Source: a virus
DNA length: 64,000 bases
Virus record (IMG/VR): IMGVR_UViG_3300032308_002092
Span: 87,208-151,207 of that record
Direction: 5' to 3' (one strand)
Part shown: positions 35,052-46,300 of the stretch, in pieces
How the letters are laid out: every line of letters starts with the position of its first letter
Position numbering within the stretch: the first letter of the stretch is position 1
Notes under the pieces: generated by a model
What the model saw: only the letters and a program-made list of their open reading frames with translations
Told to the model about the DNA's origin: nothing
Database searches by the model: none
Program-made: the position numbers and the translations under genes

Positions 35052-36779
35052 ATGACTATTAAACAACCAGACTGTAGAGTTATAGTTTTTAATCTCGATG
35101 AGAGAGAGGGCTCTAATTTAAAAAATTCTGCAGTAGCGCCAATCGGGTCTACCGAGATAGATATCAGTTCTAATGTGATATCTGTAAAAACAAGTAAAGC
35201 CAAGTCTTCCGCATCCGGCACATTTGCCATACAACTCGACTCATCCAGCAACTGGGTATCGCTGATAAGCGTCGGTAGCTGGATCTCTATTTTTATTGAC
35301 GAGAAACAAATCCCAGACCTCTCTCTTGTCCAATGGGAGCAAGACTCACTTAAATGGATTGGGCGCATAGATACGGTTAGAGCAACTCGTCAAGTCGATC
35401 AAACCACGGGTGCGTGGATAACGACCTACACCATATCTGGTAGAGACTGGGCTTCTGCCTTAGAAGCAATGATATACATCGATACTATTGCCTCAGAGTC
35501 TCCAAAGGCATTGGCGGCTGCACCGGGCAACTCTGGTGTTGGTCAGGCTACTCGTTTTGTTTTTGACGATAAGGTTAGAGGTCTGTACAACAAGGGCGTC
35601 GTAAGTTCAAGCGACATCGCAGAGATGCTGTTGGATATATGGGGCAAGCAAGGAAGCGCTTTCAATATAACATCTAGCCTAAGCGCAGAGATGGCAGAGC
35701 GCTTTATGCCATTCGCCCCATTTTACCTACCGGGTAGCATCCCACTATACATGGGTAAGACACCAGAGTTTCGCCTGTCATCTATTGTTGAGCGCAAGTA
35801 CGGTAAGCTCGTTAGAGAAGGTGAGTACGAGAATAATGTGGAAGCGGCTGGGGCATTTGACTACACGACCATATTAGGCGTGAACTCCATATGGCAGGTT
35901 CTTAACGCTACCACTACTGTTGGCGGTATCAACGAAATACTCGCTGATCTTGATTTTTCAGATGGGTCACCAAACATGACCATATTTAAGCGGATCAGGC
36001 CGTTCTCTCTGAAAAGAGAAGGGTTGTCGCTTTCTTCTTTGCTGCCTTTTTCTTCGCCATCTGTGTCTGTGCTTGGATCTGATCACAAATCTGAAATAAC
36101 ATCCTCCTTCTTCCTACTGCCTAAGACCTACATAGATACCGCGAACATCCTTTACGTTGACGTCGGCGGCAACTGGGGTGATGTGATTAACTTTATTGAG
36201 GTAATGCCGGTTCTATCGCTGTGGCCAAGCTTAGAAGTACCTAAGGCGGTATTCAAGGGCAATAACGCTATCTACAGTATACCCAGCTATACAATCAGTG
36301 GTTTTAAACCTATACGCATAGAAGTCACTATGTTCCCACTAAAGAGCGACGGAGCTCCTGACATAGTAGGAATCAGAGATTGGCTCGAAGTGCTACAAGA
36401 GTGGTACTTCGACACGCATAAAATGTTAAATGGTACTGTTGTATTCTCTGGTCAGAGTGGCTACATATCCGTTGGAAACAACATCTTGTTTTCAGCAAAC
36501 TCTATATCGGATGCTAGCTTCGTATCGACTAGTGGGATACCTAATTTTGGAAGCGGTAATGATCCGCACATCTTGGCCCACGTAGAGAGCGTTTCCCACT
36601 CAGTAGAAAAGAACCCAAATGGTGCACTAAACTACACAACTACGGTTCAGTTCGTTAGAGGTATTATTGTCGACAATGAAGGGTCTTCTAAGATAGCGAG
36701 CGGAAACAGTGGTTTTGGAGTTGATTCAAAGGCGCCGAGCGATCCTAAAAACAACAAAAATGTCTTGGTGACTAAGTGA
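35052..36779 (+). CDS. Baseplate hub protein
   Basis: Position after TMP; pattern SVKTSK..GTFAIQL..GRIDTV; HVESVSHS..TTTVQFVRG. Confidence 0.7.
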   Translation: MTIKQPDCRVIVFNLDEREGSNLKNSAVAPIGSTEIDISSNVISVKTSKAKSSASGTFAIQLDSSSNWVSLISVGSWISIFIDEKQIPDLSLVQWEQDSLKWIGRIDTVRATRQVDQTTGAWITTYTISGRDWASALEAMIYIDTIASESPKALAAAPGNSGVGQATRFVFDDKVRGLYNKGVVSSSDIAEMLLDIWGKQGSAFNITSSLSAEMAERFMPFAPFYLPGSIPLYMGKTPEFRLSSIVERKYGKLVREGEYENNVEAAGAFDYTTILGVNSIWQVLNATTTVGGINEILADLDFSDGSPNMTIFKRIRPFSLKREGLSLSSLLPFSSPSVSVLGSDHKSEITSSFFLLPKTYIDTANILYVDVGGNWGDVINFIEVMPVLSLWPSLEVPKAVFKGNNAIYSIPSYTISGFKPIRIEVTMFPLKSDGAPDIVGIRDWLEVLQEWYFDTHKMLNGTVVFSGQSGYISVGNNILFSANSISDASFVSTSGIPNFGSGNDPHILAHVESVSHSVEKNPNGALNYTTTVQFVRGIIVDNEGSSKIASGNSGFGVDSKAPSDPKNNKNVLVTK

Positions 36780-37774
36780 TAAAAGACTCCTCCATATGGC
36801 GTGATATAAGCAGTATCGCAGTAGTGCCGAACAACCCTATTGTTACTGGGGTTGTAGTGGATAAAACGGACGATAAAGAGCTCGGTAGCGTCAGATACTT
36901 TGTCGATGTGGCATCTAATGGTAGACGCTATCAGATACAATGCATTCAAATGGTTCGCTTCGGTAGCCCGTACAACTACGAGCAGTACACTTACACCAAG
37001 ATGGAGAACATAATCCCTCCGGCTTTGCCTGATGTCAACCCACTAGACTACGGTTTAAAATCTGGGGACACAGTTATAGTTGCTCAGTTGTCTGGCTCTG
37101 AGGGGGTGATACTCGGCGCTGTCAAACACCCTAAGCGTAAAAGCCAAGTGCCAGCCGATGACGTTGGCTACGAGTCTTGCTACAATGGCATTAAGACCCA
37201 GATAAAGAAAGATGGTAGCTACAAAATTACCTTTCAAGGCAAGCCGTTGCCCACAGTTGATGCGCAACTAAAGCTACCAATCATGACGCCAACCCTACCA
37301 GACGCATTAGCATATAACCCGCTCATATCGGGTAGTAGCTTTGGTTTCGACGAGAAGGGTGGCTACGAGGTTACTGATGCCTCCGTCGTCTTGCCGCAGA
37401 GCATCAAGATCGACAAAGCTGGCGGCACAACTACTATCACCTCTGGCTTGGTGACTATAGCGATCGACAAGAAGACTCAGAAGATAGATGTGTCTTGTAT
37501 CGACGCTGCAATATCTGCGAAGAAGTCAGTGAAGATAGATACAACTCAGCTCGAGATGTCTGGCCTTGCTGGAGTAAAGATCAAGGGTGCCAAGATAGCC
37601 ATTGGCTTCGGTGGCGTCGAGCTCATCGACTCTATCATACAACTAATCGACAACATTGGCCTTTTGGTCATACCACACCACTTGGGTCCCTGCTCACCTG
37701 TGTCTGCCTCTCCTACGTGGGCGCAGATACTGGCACTGAAGGTTAAACTATCCCTGATCAAAGGCAGTCTATAA
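36776..37774 (+). CDS. Baseplate central spike (gpV-like)
   Basis: OB-fold-like N-terminus (GDTVIVAQL..VILG), beta-helix-like repeats, His-containing tip. Confidence 0.7.
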   Translation: MIKDSSIWRDISSIAVVPNNPIVTGVVVDKTDDKELGSVRYFVDVASNGRRYQIQCIQMVRFGSPYNYEQYTYTKMENIIPPALPDVNPLDYGLKSGDTVIVAQLSGSEGVILGAVKHPKRKSQVPADDVGYESCYNGIKTQIKKDGSYKITFQGKPLPTVDAQLKLPIMTPTLPDALAYNPLISGSSFGFDEKGGYEVTDASVVLPQSIKIDKAGGTTTITSGLVTIAIDKKTQKIDVSCIDAAISAKKSVKIDTTQLEMSGLAGVKIKGAKIAIGFGGVELIDSIIQLIDNIGLLVIPHHLGPCSPVSASPTWAQILALKVKLSLIKGSL

Positions 37775-37794
37775 TAGTCGAGGGGGTGTTGTAG

Positions 37795-38736
37795 ATGCCA
37801 ATAAGAGAAGCAAGTAAAGCCGTAAATGATGCTGCACAAGCACAATTAGGAGGGCTAGTAACTTCTATTGCAAAATCTATTAATTCCAGAAAAAGCCCAT
37901 ACGAGCCAATAGTAGAGAACTGGTATAAGTCGCTCCCGTATGCCTTTATTGCTACTGACTCTAGTGGCGCACAAAAATCATTCAACCTCCCACTAAACCC
38001 CAACAACATCAGTATAACTACGCATTTTGCCACCAACGTTATTGCAACCATCGGTGGGACCGTAGAAGAGCATGCGCCACAGCGCTACTTCGATATCTCG
38101 ATATCTGGCACGACCGGTATAGCTCCTCAGCACATCGAGGAGTCGCCGGTAGTGTCTAGGCCTAACACGGCGATCGATGGCAGAACAGCCTATACGCCAG
38201 AGTTCAATCTAGGTGCGCTAACTGGTGGGTTCTTCGCCAAGACTACTGGACAGTTGGATAACGCTCTAAATAAAGCACGTGACATTCTTGGCGGATCTAA
38301 GAAGCACGAGTCTGGAGTTGCAGCTGCGTCTAGTGGGTACGCAGCGTTCCACAATTTCTATAAATTCTTACTAGCAAACAAGAACCAGCTGTCAGGCGGC
38401 GGCTCTTCTATTGCTGGGTTTGGCTCATCTAGCAAGGCGCAACCACTTAGGTTCCTTTCGTACAAAGACAACCAAGAGTATAAGTGTGCAATTTTGCGCT
38501 TTGAGCTGATTCGCTCAGCGGACAACCCAATGCTCTACAACTACAATATACAGCTTAGGGCTTACAGCCTTAGCAGCACTGGTTTTAGCGATTTTAAGGA
38601 GCTGGGAAACTTGCGTCTACAAGTACTTGGCTTGGGTGGTGACTCTTCTACGCTCTCTAGTTTTAAGAACAAAATATCGGGTGCGAAGGCAGGAATAGCT
38701 GCAGTGTCTGGCGCCTTTAAATCGTTTGGTAGGTAA
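37795..38736 (+). CDS. Baseplate / tube-initiator protein
   Basis: LNPNNISIT..DISISGTTG..RSADNPMLYNYNIQL. Confidence 0.6.
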   Translation: MPIREASKAVNDAAQAQLGGLVTSIAKSINSRKSPYEPIVENWYKSLPYAFIATDSSGAQKSFNLPLNPNNISITTHFATNVIATIGGTVEEHAPQRYFDISISGTTGIAPQHIEESPVVSRPNTAIDGRTAYTPEFNLGALTGGFFAKTTGQLDNALNKARDILGGSKKHESGVAAASSGYAAFHNFYKFLLANKNQLSGGGSSIAGFGSSSKAQPLRFLSYKDNQEYKCAILRFELIRSADNPMLYNYNIQLRAYSLSSTGFSDFKELGNLRLQVLGLGGDSSTLSSFKNKISGAKAGIAAVSGAFKSFGR

Positions 38737-38739
38737 CCG

Positions 38740-40335
38740 ATGACTAGTGCGATCGAGACTGGCTTCTCACAGATGTCAGACCTAAACCTCTGGCTGAAGA
38801 ACAAGCTGAGTGAGACCTTCACGCTCGCCGACATCCCTGCCATCATCAAGATACGCTACCCGTATATCGTTGAGAACTGGGGTATAGTCAAAGACTCACT
38901 ACTACAGCGTCTAGACAGTTATCAGGACCCATACCGTTTACAGCGTGAGATCGGCACCTTTGACTCACTGGTCAAGGCTCAGCTGGCTGGCGCAACCACT
39001 ACTCCATCTGAGACCAGGCTTCTATCCAGATATTACTCGGTGTTCGACGCGCTGACAATAGAAGAAGTAGTTCTCACGAAGCCAGAGTCAGTAATCGTTG
39101 ACTCCGAGACCAAGCGAGTAGAGACCTTCACGAAAACTACGTTTCTCAAGATCCGAGCGGATCTCGTTGTGGCTAGGGATCAAGTCGCCGACAACATCGG
39201 AGGCACTGACCCAGACTACAACCGCGTGTACAACAGAAGTCCAGTGCGCCAGACTCTAAACAAGGGCATAGACGAGATACAGCTGTCGTCACAGTTTCAG
39301 CAAGGTGTCTACCTAGTCGACACTATCCTGGCCAACGAGCAGATCATCAAGGGTGATGCAGCTATTGATCCCTTCGCGTTTGCTCGTTCTAACGCAAACA
39401 ACCCAGACTTCAATATCGGTCAGTATGCCTCAGGCAGGTTGGTTCGCATGCAGTACGGCGAGACTCTGCAGCAGCTGGCACAGCGCACCTTGGGTAACCC
39501 GGATCTTTGGTACGACATCGCTATCGCCAACGGGCTGAAACCACCGTACGTAGATGAGATCGGAGTCCAAGTGTCTCTGATCAGCAACGGTAACGGCAAC
39601 CGAGTCAACATCGCCCAGATCGGCCCCAACAACGTACTCAATCGTGACAGATTCTATTTGAATCAAATCATACTATTACAGTCCAACACTGAGCGAGTCC
39701 CAGACCAAAGGGTCATAAGGTCCATCACCGAGATCCCAGTATCTGGGGAGTTGGTGCTAGAGCTCTCTGGAGACGAGGATCTGGACAAATACGCTTTGGC
39801 GGACTCTGCGTACATACGGGTGTTTGCAGCGCAGACGATCAACTCTAGCTTCTTCGTCTTGATTCCATCTGGGACACCTCCGGATCCAAACCAGATCCAG
39901 AAGACAACACCTTGGTTTCTCAGGAGTAAGAGCGAGGACGAGCGCCAGGCAGGCGTGGATCTCTATATTGGCGACGACGGAGATCTGTCGTTCACGCCGG
40001 CCGGCGATGTTCAGCTGAGCTACGGCGCAGCCAACGGTATGCAGGCATTACTGATACTTCTGAGCACTGAGGCAGCCTCGCTCGCTAGACACCCAGAGTA
40101 TGGTGTGGCCTACAACATCGGCGACAAGAATACCAACGCAGCAATTACCCGCCAGAAGTTGGCAGAAGCCGTGGGAGATCAGATACTTCGTGACAGAAGG
40201 TTCGACCGCCTTAAGACTTTGACAGTAGAATTACTAGATGGGGCAAGTGGATACAAGGTGTTCGTAGAGGTGGTCTTGGCTGGTGGTCAGTCTGTTATAC
40301 CGATCTCATTCTCCGTCAACACCCAAGTAGATTGA
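38740..40335 (+). CDS. Baseplate wedge protein with LysM-like and C-terminal gp25-like domains
   Basis: GETLQQLAQRTLGNPDLWYDIAIANGL; GDL..G..RHPEYG. Confidence 0.75.
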   Translation: MTSAIETGFSQMSDLNLWLKNKLSETFTLADIPAIIKIRYPYIVENWGIVKDSLLQRLDSYQDPYRLQREIGTFDSLVKAQLAGATTTPSETRLLSRYYSVFDALTIEEVVLTKPESVIVDSETKRVETFTKTTFLKIRADLVVARDQVADNIGGTDPDYNRVYNRSPVRQTLNKGIDEIQLSSQFQQGVYLVDTILANEQIIKGDAAIDPFAFARSNANNPDFNIGQYASGRLVRMQYGETLQQLAQRTLGNPDLWYDIAIANGLKPPYVDEIGVQVSLISNGNGNRVNIAQIGPNNVLNRDRFYLNQIILLQSNTERVPDQRVIRSITEIPVSGELVLELSGDEDLDKYALADSAYIRVFAAQTINSSFFVLIPSGTPPDPNQIQKTTPWFLRSKSEDERQAGVDLYIGDDGDLSFTPAGDVQLSYGAANGMQALLILLSTEAASLARHPEYGVAYNIGDKNTNAAITRQKLAEAVGDQILRDRRFDRLKTLTVELLDGASGYKVFVEVVLAGGQSVIPISFSVNTQVD

Positions 40336-40342
40336 GGCAAAA

Positions 40343-43300
40343 ATGGCAGTAGAATTAAAGACGTACAACGAAATTTTGGGCCAACTGGTCCGTAAGATCA
40401 TTGCCGACACCTCGGTCAACGACCTCGCTACGGGTTCCGTGTTGCTTACCCTGCTTGAAGCAGTAGCAGCTAATGACTTCGACAACTCTACTTCCATACT
40501 GAGCGTCCTAGAGACCCTCAACATCGACGCTATCCGCAACCAAGACTTGGACTCCAGAGCTGCAGACTACGGTCTGACGAGAAAGCCTTCCCAGAGGGCA
40601 ACTGGCTTCATACAAATCTCTGACTCCGCGATCACCAAGAGAGCCACTTCGCTGTACGCGGTAAAGCCGCCACCGATCGCGGGCTCTAGCATCATCTACG
40701 TAAATAACGCAGCAGGATGGAGTCCCACTGGGACTTTGTTTATCGGCCGCGGCACTCAGCAGTTCGAAGGTCCAGTATCGTACACCTCTATCGTGAACAA
40801 CGGTAGCTTCTACACGATCACATTGGGTTCTGCACTGCAGAAAGACCACCTCATCTCTGACTCTGTGATTGACTCACAGGGCAACGCGGATCGCTTGATC
40901 CCAGCTGGTACCGAGGTGTCCATACCTGCGAACAACCAGAGCCCAGAGATCAAGTTCTCGACCCTGCGTGACGCAGTCCTTGCTTCCGGTGAAGACACCG
41001 TGGGCAACATTGGTATCGTGGCCCAAGCCGCGGGCGTGAGGAGCAACGCGAGTATCAATACTATCGTGGCTTTCGTGAACGCGCCGTTCGCTACCGCTGC
41101 AGTCACAAACACCTCGGTTCTATCAGATGGAGCAGACGCAGAGTCCGACGATGACCTGCGTGAGCGAATCAAGTCCTACGCGTCTACCTTGGCACGTGGA
41201 ACTAGAGATGCCATCCTCTCCGCTATCTTGAACGTATCGGACCCAGACGACGGCAAGCAAGTAGCATCTGCGGTGATCACGGAACCAGCTGAGATCGGCG
41301 ACCCATCTATCGTCTACATTGACGACGGCTCTGGCTTCCAGCCGAGCTACGAGGGTCAACCACTAGATACACTACTTGGTTCTGCTACTGGTAACGAAGA
41401 GTTCTTGCAGCTCGCAAACTTTCCGCTACCTAGACCTCAAGTCGTGAATGCAGCAGAAGGTCCGTACCAACTATCCGACGGCATGAAGCTTAGGGTCAAG
41501 ATAGACATTACGGAGGAGGAAGTAACATTCTCCAGCAGCCAGTTCTTGAACATCGCTGCGGCTACGCTGCAAGAAGTAGTGGTTGCGATCAACGACCAAG
41601 CGATCAACTTCCGCGCACGACTTACTGACAACTCTGCTAGATTGCTCCTGTCACCAGTTGACGACAAGGTAGAGCTCATCCAAGTGCCTGCGCTGAGGGA
41701 AGGCGAGTTACTGTCGACCTACGCCAACAACATCTTTAGATTCCCAACCAACGAATACTCGTATATCAAACTGTATCGTAACAACACCTTACTCAGAAGT
41801 ACACTGAGATCTGCTACGATCACGACTGCAGCATTCTCGTCTTGGACCATTACCGGACCAGGTAACCTAATCCTGCAAGTCGATGGCACGCCAGCGCAGA
41901 ACGTTTCTTTCACTACACTCGACTTCGGTGGCAACCCGTTCGCGTCACTAGACATCAATGACTGGGTAACCGCTTTCAACGCGAAGTATGCGGGTATCAC
42001 CGCATCTGCAACTAGTTCCGGTAGGGTGACCTTTATATCCAACCGAGACGGAGCCGCTTCGTCTATCACCGCTATCGGCGGCAGCTACATCACCCAAGTC
42101 TTCGGCACCAACGTAGTGTCGGACGTAGGACAAGACTCTGACTTCGTCTTGAATCGCCAGACCGGTAACCTGCAGCTTAAGTTCAAGCCAGACGTTGGTG
42201 ACACCATCGTCGCTGGTAACACAGATGCCAAGGGTTTCTTCTCTTCGTCTGAGTCAGGCACGGGCACATTCAACTTGTCTTCCGACCCACAGAGCAGAGC
42301 TTCCCAGCTGGTCATATCGGTGGATGGATCTACCGACGTAAGACAAGGCGTGTCTTTCTCACAAGGCAACACCATCACCATCCAAGACATGGGAAGCGGA
42401 GTGATGAGGGTTATCGGCAACACGCTCGCATCGTTCGCAGCTGCACAACTAGGTGACTACCTTTGGATCACGAACCGCGGCGACGTAGGTGGCGGTGGCG
42501 CTTGGGCTGCAGTTAGCAGCAGCGGCATCTACAAGATCCTCCGCAAGGGCGACCACCTCACCGCAGGCACAGATACCTGGGTCGAGGTCTACAACGACAG
42601 CATCGTAGCTGGCGGACCATACTCAGTCCAAGATACTGCAGACGTAGCAGTATTCGAGTCCAAGACATACCCACAGATCTGGAGTGCATCCACTCTACCT
42701 ACTCCAGCAGCTGCGACGCTGCAGTCGATAGTTGACTCTATCGCCAAAGAAGTAACCAATATCAAAACGTCGGTCTTCAAGACTAGTACGGTAAAGACCT
42801 CCTCCTCCACTGAGGAAGGCGGGTCGATCGGCCTACCGGTGTCTACTGGTAGGGGAACCAATATATTCGCGAAGACCTTGGTAGAGCAGCTTGGTAACCC
42901 AACTCATACCGCTACTAAGATCTCAGATCGTGATTTGTTTGGCAACCCACGCATGGGATCTGAGTCTAGCGCGTTTTTGAATCGAACCGTGTACAAAGAA
43001 CTAGTGGGTAGCTTAGACGCAGGCGCGACACCTGGTATCGATGGTGTTGATCCGTACAGCGAGCTGCTGAGTATCAACGCTTCGACGCTGAACACTAGCT
43101 CCGTAGAGCTCGACGATATCCTCATGCTCGGCAAGGCCAACAACTCTAGGCACTTCAGGAGCATCAAGGAGCTACAACCGACCAACGACATCGGTACCCA
43201 GCACCAACTACCTAAGACAATACTCGACCACGCTTCTGGCGACGAGGTCCTGATCAGCAGGCCTGTCTCTATTGCCTCAGATGACTCTGCGGTTTTTGTT

Positions 43301-46300
43301 CTCGACAGAGATCTAGTAACCAAGACCATCAACGTTAATTTCTGGCGCAGCGGCAAGGTCAACACGCAGTACTCTGCTAGCGTGACCGCATTCTCTGCCG
43401 ACGACTACGATAACGAGCCAGGCGTAAACTTCGGTTCTCCCGCTGTGTGGAGCAAGACTCTCACTGGAGCTGAGTTCAAGGACTACGGCGTACTGATGAG
43501 ATCACGCAACTGGTACCGTACTGGTGGTGCAGCAAACGCAGCTGGTGCAACCATGATCCTGCGGTCCAAGGAATACGGCAGAGCAGGCGATCGATTCAGA
43601 TTCAAACTAGAATACCCTACTATACCGAATCAGAGCACCATCGTAAGTCACAGCAACCTACCGAACTACTCCATCGTTACTGCAACGCTCGGCTCTGACA
43701 GCGTCAAGAACGCGGGCATCATCGGCGGTACTACTTTCAAAGTCACTTCCCCAGCAGCTGACATCTATCGCTACACGTTTGATCAAGCGTATGTAGACCT
43801 CACTCCGTTAGTTCCAAACGACGTGGTCTCCATACAGCCGTCATCCGGTGTATCTGCTGCGAACCGCGGCGTGTTCAACGTGCAAGCGTTCAACGTACCG
43901 GGTAGATGGATCGAGGTCTACAACCCAACTGGGGCAATTACCTCGGTCGGTCAGCCAGAGATCTCTTACATTACTGCTACCGTAGATGTGGTTGGTACAC
44001 CGCAGGTTACCGACGTGGTTTGTACAGCAGAAGGTGCTGGAGCCGGCAACATCGGAAATAGCGAGTACTTCACTCTGTTTGACGACGTAGGTATGGTCGT
44101 ATTCTGGTACGACATCAACAACTCGGGAGCAGTGGCTCCTGTAGTACCACTTGCTAGTAGGTATGTGGAAATTTCAACAGTAATATCTGCAGACACCGAT
44201 GCTGCAGTAGCGAGCAAGACTGCTGCGGTTGTAAACTCAGACCTCAAATTCTCTGCAACAGCATCCACCAACACGGTAACCGTCACCAATCTATTCAACG
44301 GAACAGTAGCGCTCGGCGTAGCTGGACCTAACACTGGCTTTGCGGTGAATTTGGTTACAGCGGGTACTGCTAATGCTTCCGTAGGTGGCAAGTACTTCAC
44401 TCTTGCGGACAAAGATGGCTCCGTAGCAGTGTGGTTCAACGTCTACTCCGAATCAGAACCTCCACACGGAGCAGACCGTAGTATTCAAGTAGTGATCGCT
44501 CCTGGAGACTCGGCGAACACAGTAGCAACAAAAACTGCGGCACAGATAAATGCCGACTCGCAGTATGCTTCGTCAGCATCTGGCGCCTTGATTACTATCA
44601 CCGATGCCTTCAATGGTGCTAGAACCAATATCGCGGTTGGAACCTCTGGCTTCACTATCCCCGTTTCGCCAGTACGACAAGACGGTATCGACGATGGCGT
44701 GGAGACCATCACGGTCGCTTCCCTGTTTCAGTTCTTCTCTCTCGCAGAGAACGATTGCCAGACCGTATGCGACGTGATCTCTACGTCCCAGTTGATCAAC
44801 GCAGTCCCAGTGGGTAACGCGGGTGCTCTGTTTCAGAAAGCAACGAGACAAGAGACCTACACCTACGGCGGGAATAGTACTGCTCTAGCTTTTGACCACG
44901 ATCCGAACCCACTGAATCTGAAGCACGACTTCGTGACGTTCTGGGACGGCTACTCGTTCGTAAAGACTTACGCCAACACCAACCCACAGTTCGTTCTGAA
45001 GAAGGACCTCGTACTACCTGGCGTAGTGCCTAGCATCTACAACATGGCTTCAGTCCCCAACCCAGACACGACCGACGTTGGTGAGATCTTCCGGTTGGTA
45101 CCGAAGACAGTGGCCAACGTCAAGCACCACATGTCGCACAAGGCTCTGTCGCAGCTACCACTAGTTGCAGACGTAGATACTGCGGGCAATTATCGTCGTA
45201 TCCAGGTCAAATCGAAGAAGCTTGGAACCGATGGTGCCGTAGAGATGGTCGGTGGTCGTGCAAATGCAGCCTCGTTCGAGCTTATCGGCGACGGCCAACT
45301 AGCAACACAGAGCGGCACGAACTACGCAGAGCTTCGCGTATCCGCCTACCCATCGTCAATAAGCGTAGGTGACTACGTTAAAATCAAGAACGCTCTACCA
45401 GCCAAGCGGTTGTCTAGATTGGTGTCCAGCGACAAGGTCAACGTGGTCAACACCGCGTCTGGGGTATTTGAGTACAGGCTGATGCCAAAGCTCACGAACT
45501 CTGGTCAGTACGTTCCATGGACCATCACGGATACATCTGGTAGCTACTCGCTGCCAGCTGGCACGGTGTGGCGCTGGACGCACGCTCAGGCAGGATCGAC
45601 TTGCTCCATCACTGCAGTAGCAAACGGCGCTGTACTCACTGGGCCAGCCGACTACCAAGACGACTCTACTCCAGATGCAGCTAACCTACATGTAGTCAGC
45701 TACACCAACGGTACGGCTAGCACCAAGGCCAACTTCGTACTCACGCTGAGCTCTTACCCCGTGTCTGGTGATTTCTTCTTGTTCCAGACTCAAGGCGGCT
45801 CGCCAGTGATCTTCGCCGTGTGGTTCGATGTGACCGGTTCAGATCCTACTCCTACTGGGGTAGCATTTGCTGGCGCGACACATCAGATCGCTGTTGACGT
45901 ATCTGGCGCATCTACTGCTGACGGCGCTATCGCACTGATGCAAGCTGCGCTTGCGGGCAACGTAAACTTCGTCGCAAACTTCACCTCGGTACAGACCAGC
46001 GCTACTACGCTTACAAACGTAAACGCAGGCGATTTGCTTGCTGCTAGACCTACTGCTGCCTACTCTTCTGGTAACTTCTTGGATCGTTGGAGCAACGGTA
46101 ACTTGGTTCGAGCTGCTGGCGACGGGAAGGTGTCTGGCTTACCCATCATTGCCGTCAACGCTGCCTCGCGCTACGTAGATGTCTTGAACCCATGGGGCAA
46201 GGCTATGTCAGCCGACTACACCGACTCTAGTGGCGTAATCGACTTCCTTCCTGCTGCTGCAATCAAGTGGAACCTGAGTAACCGCGCTAGGGTTCGCGTA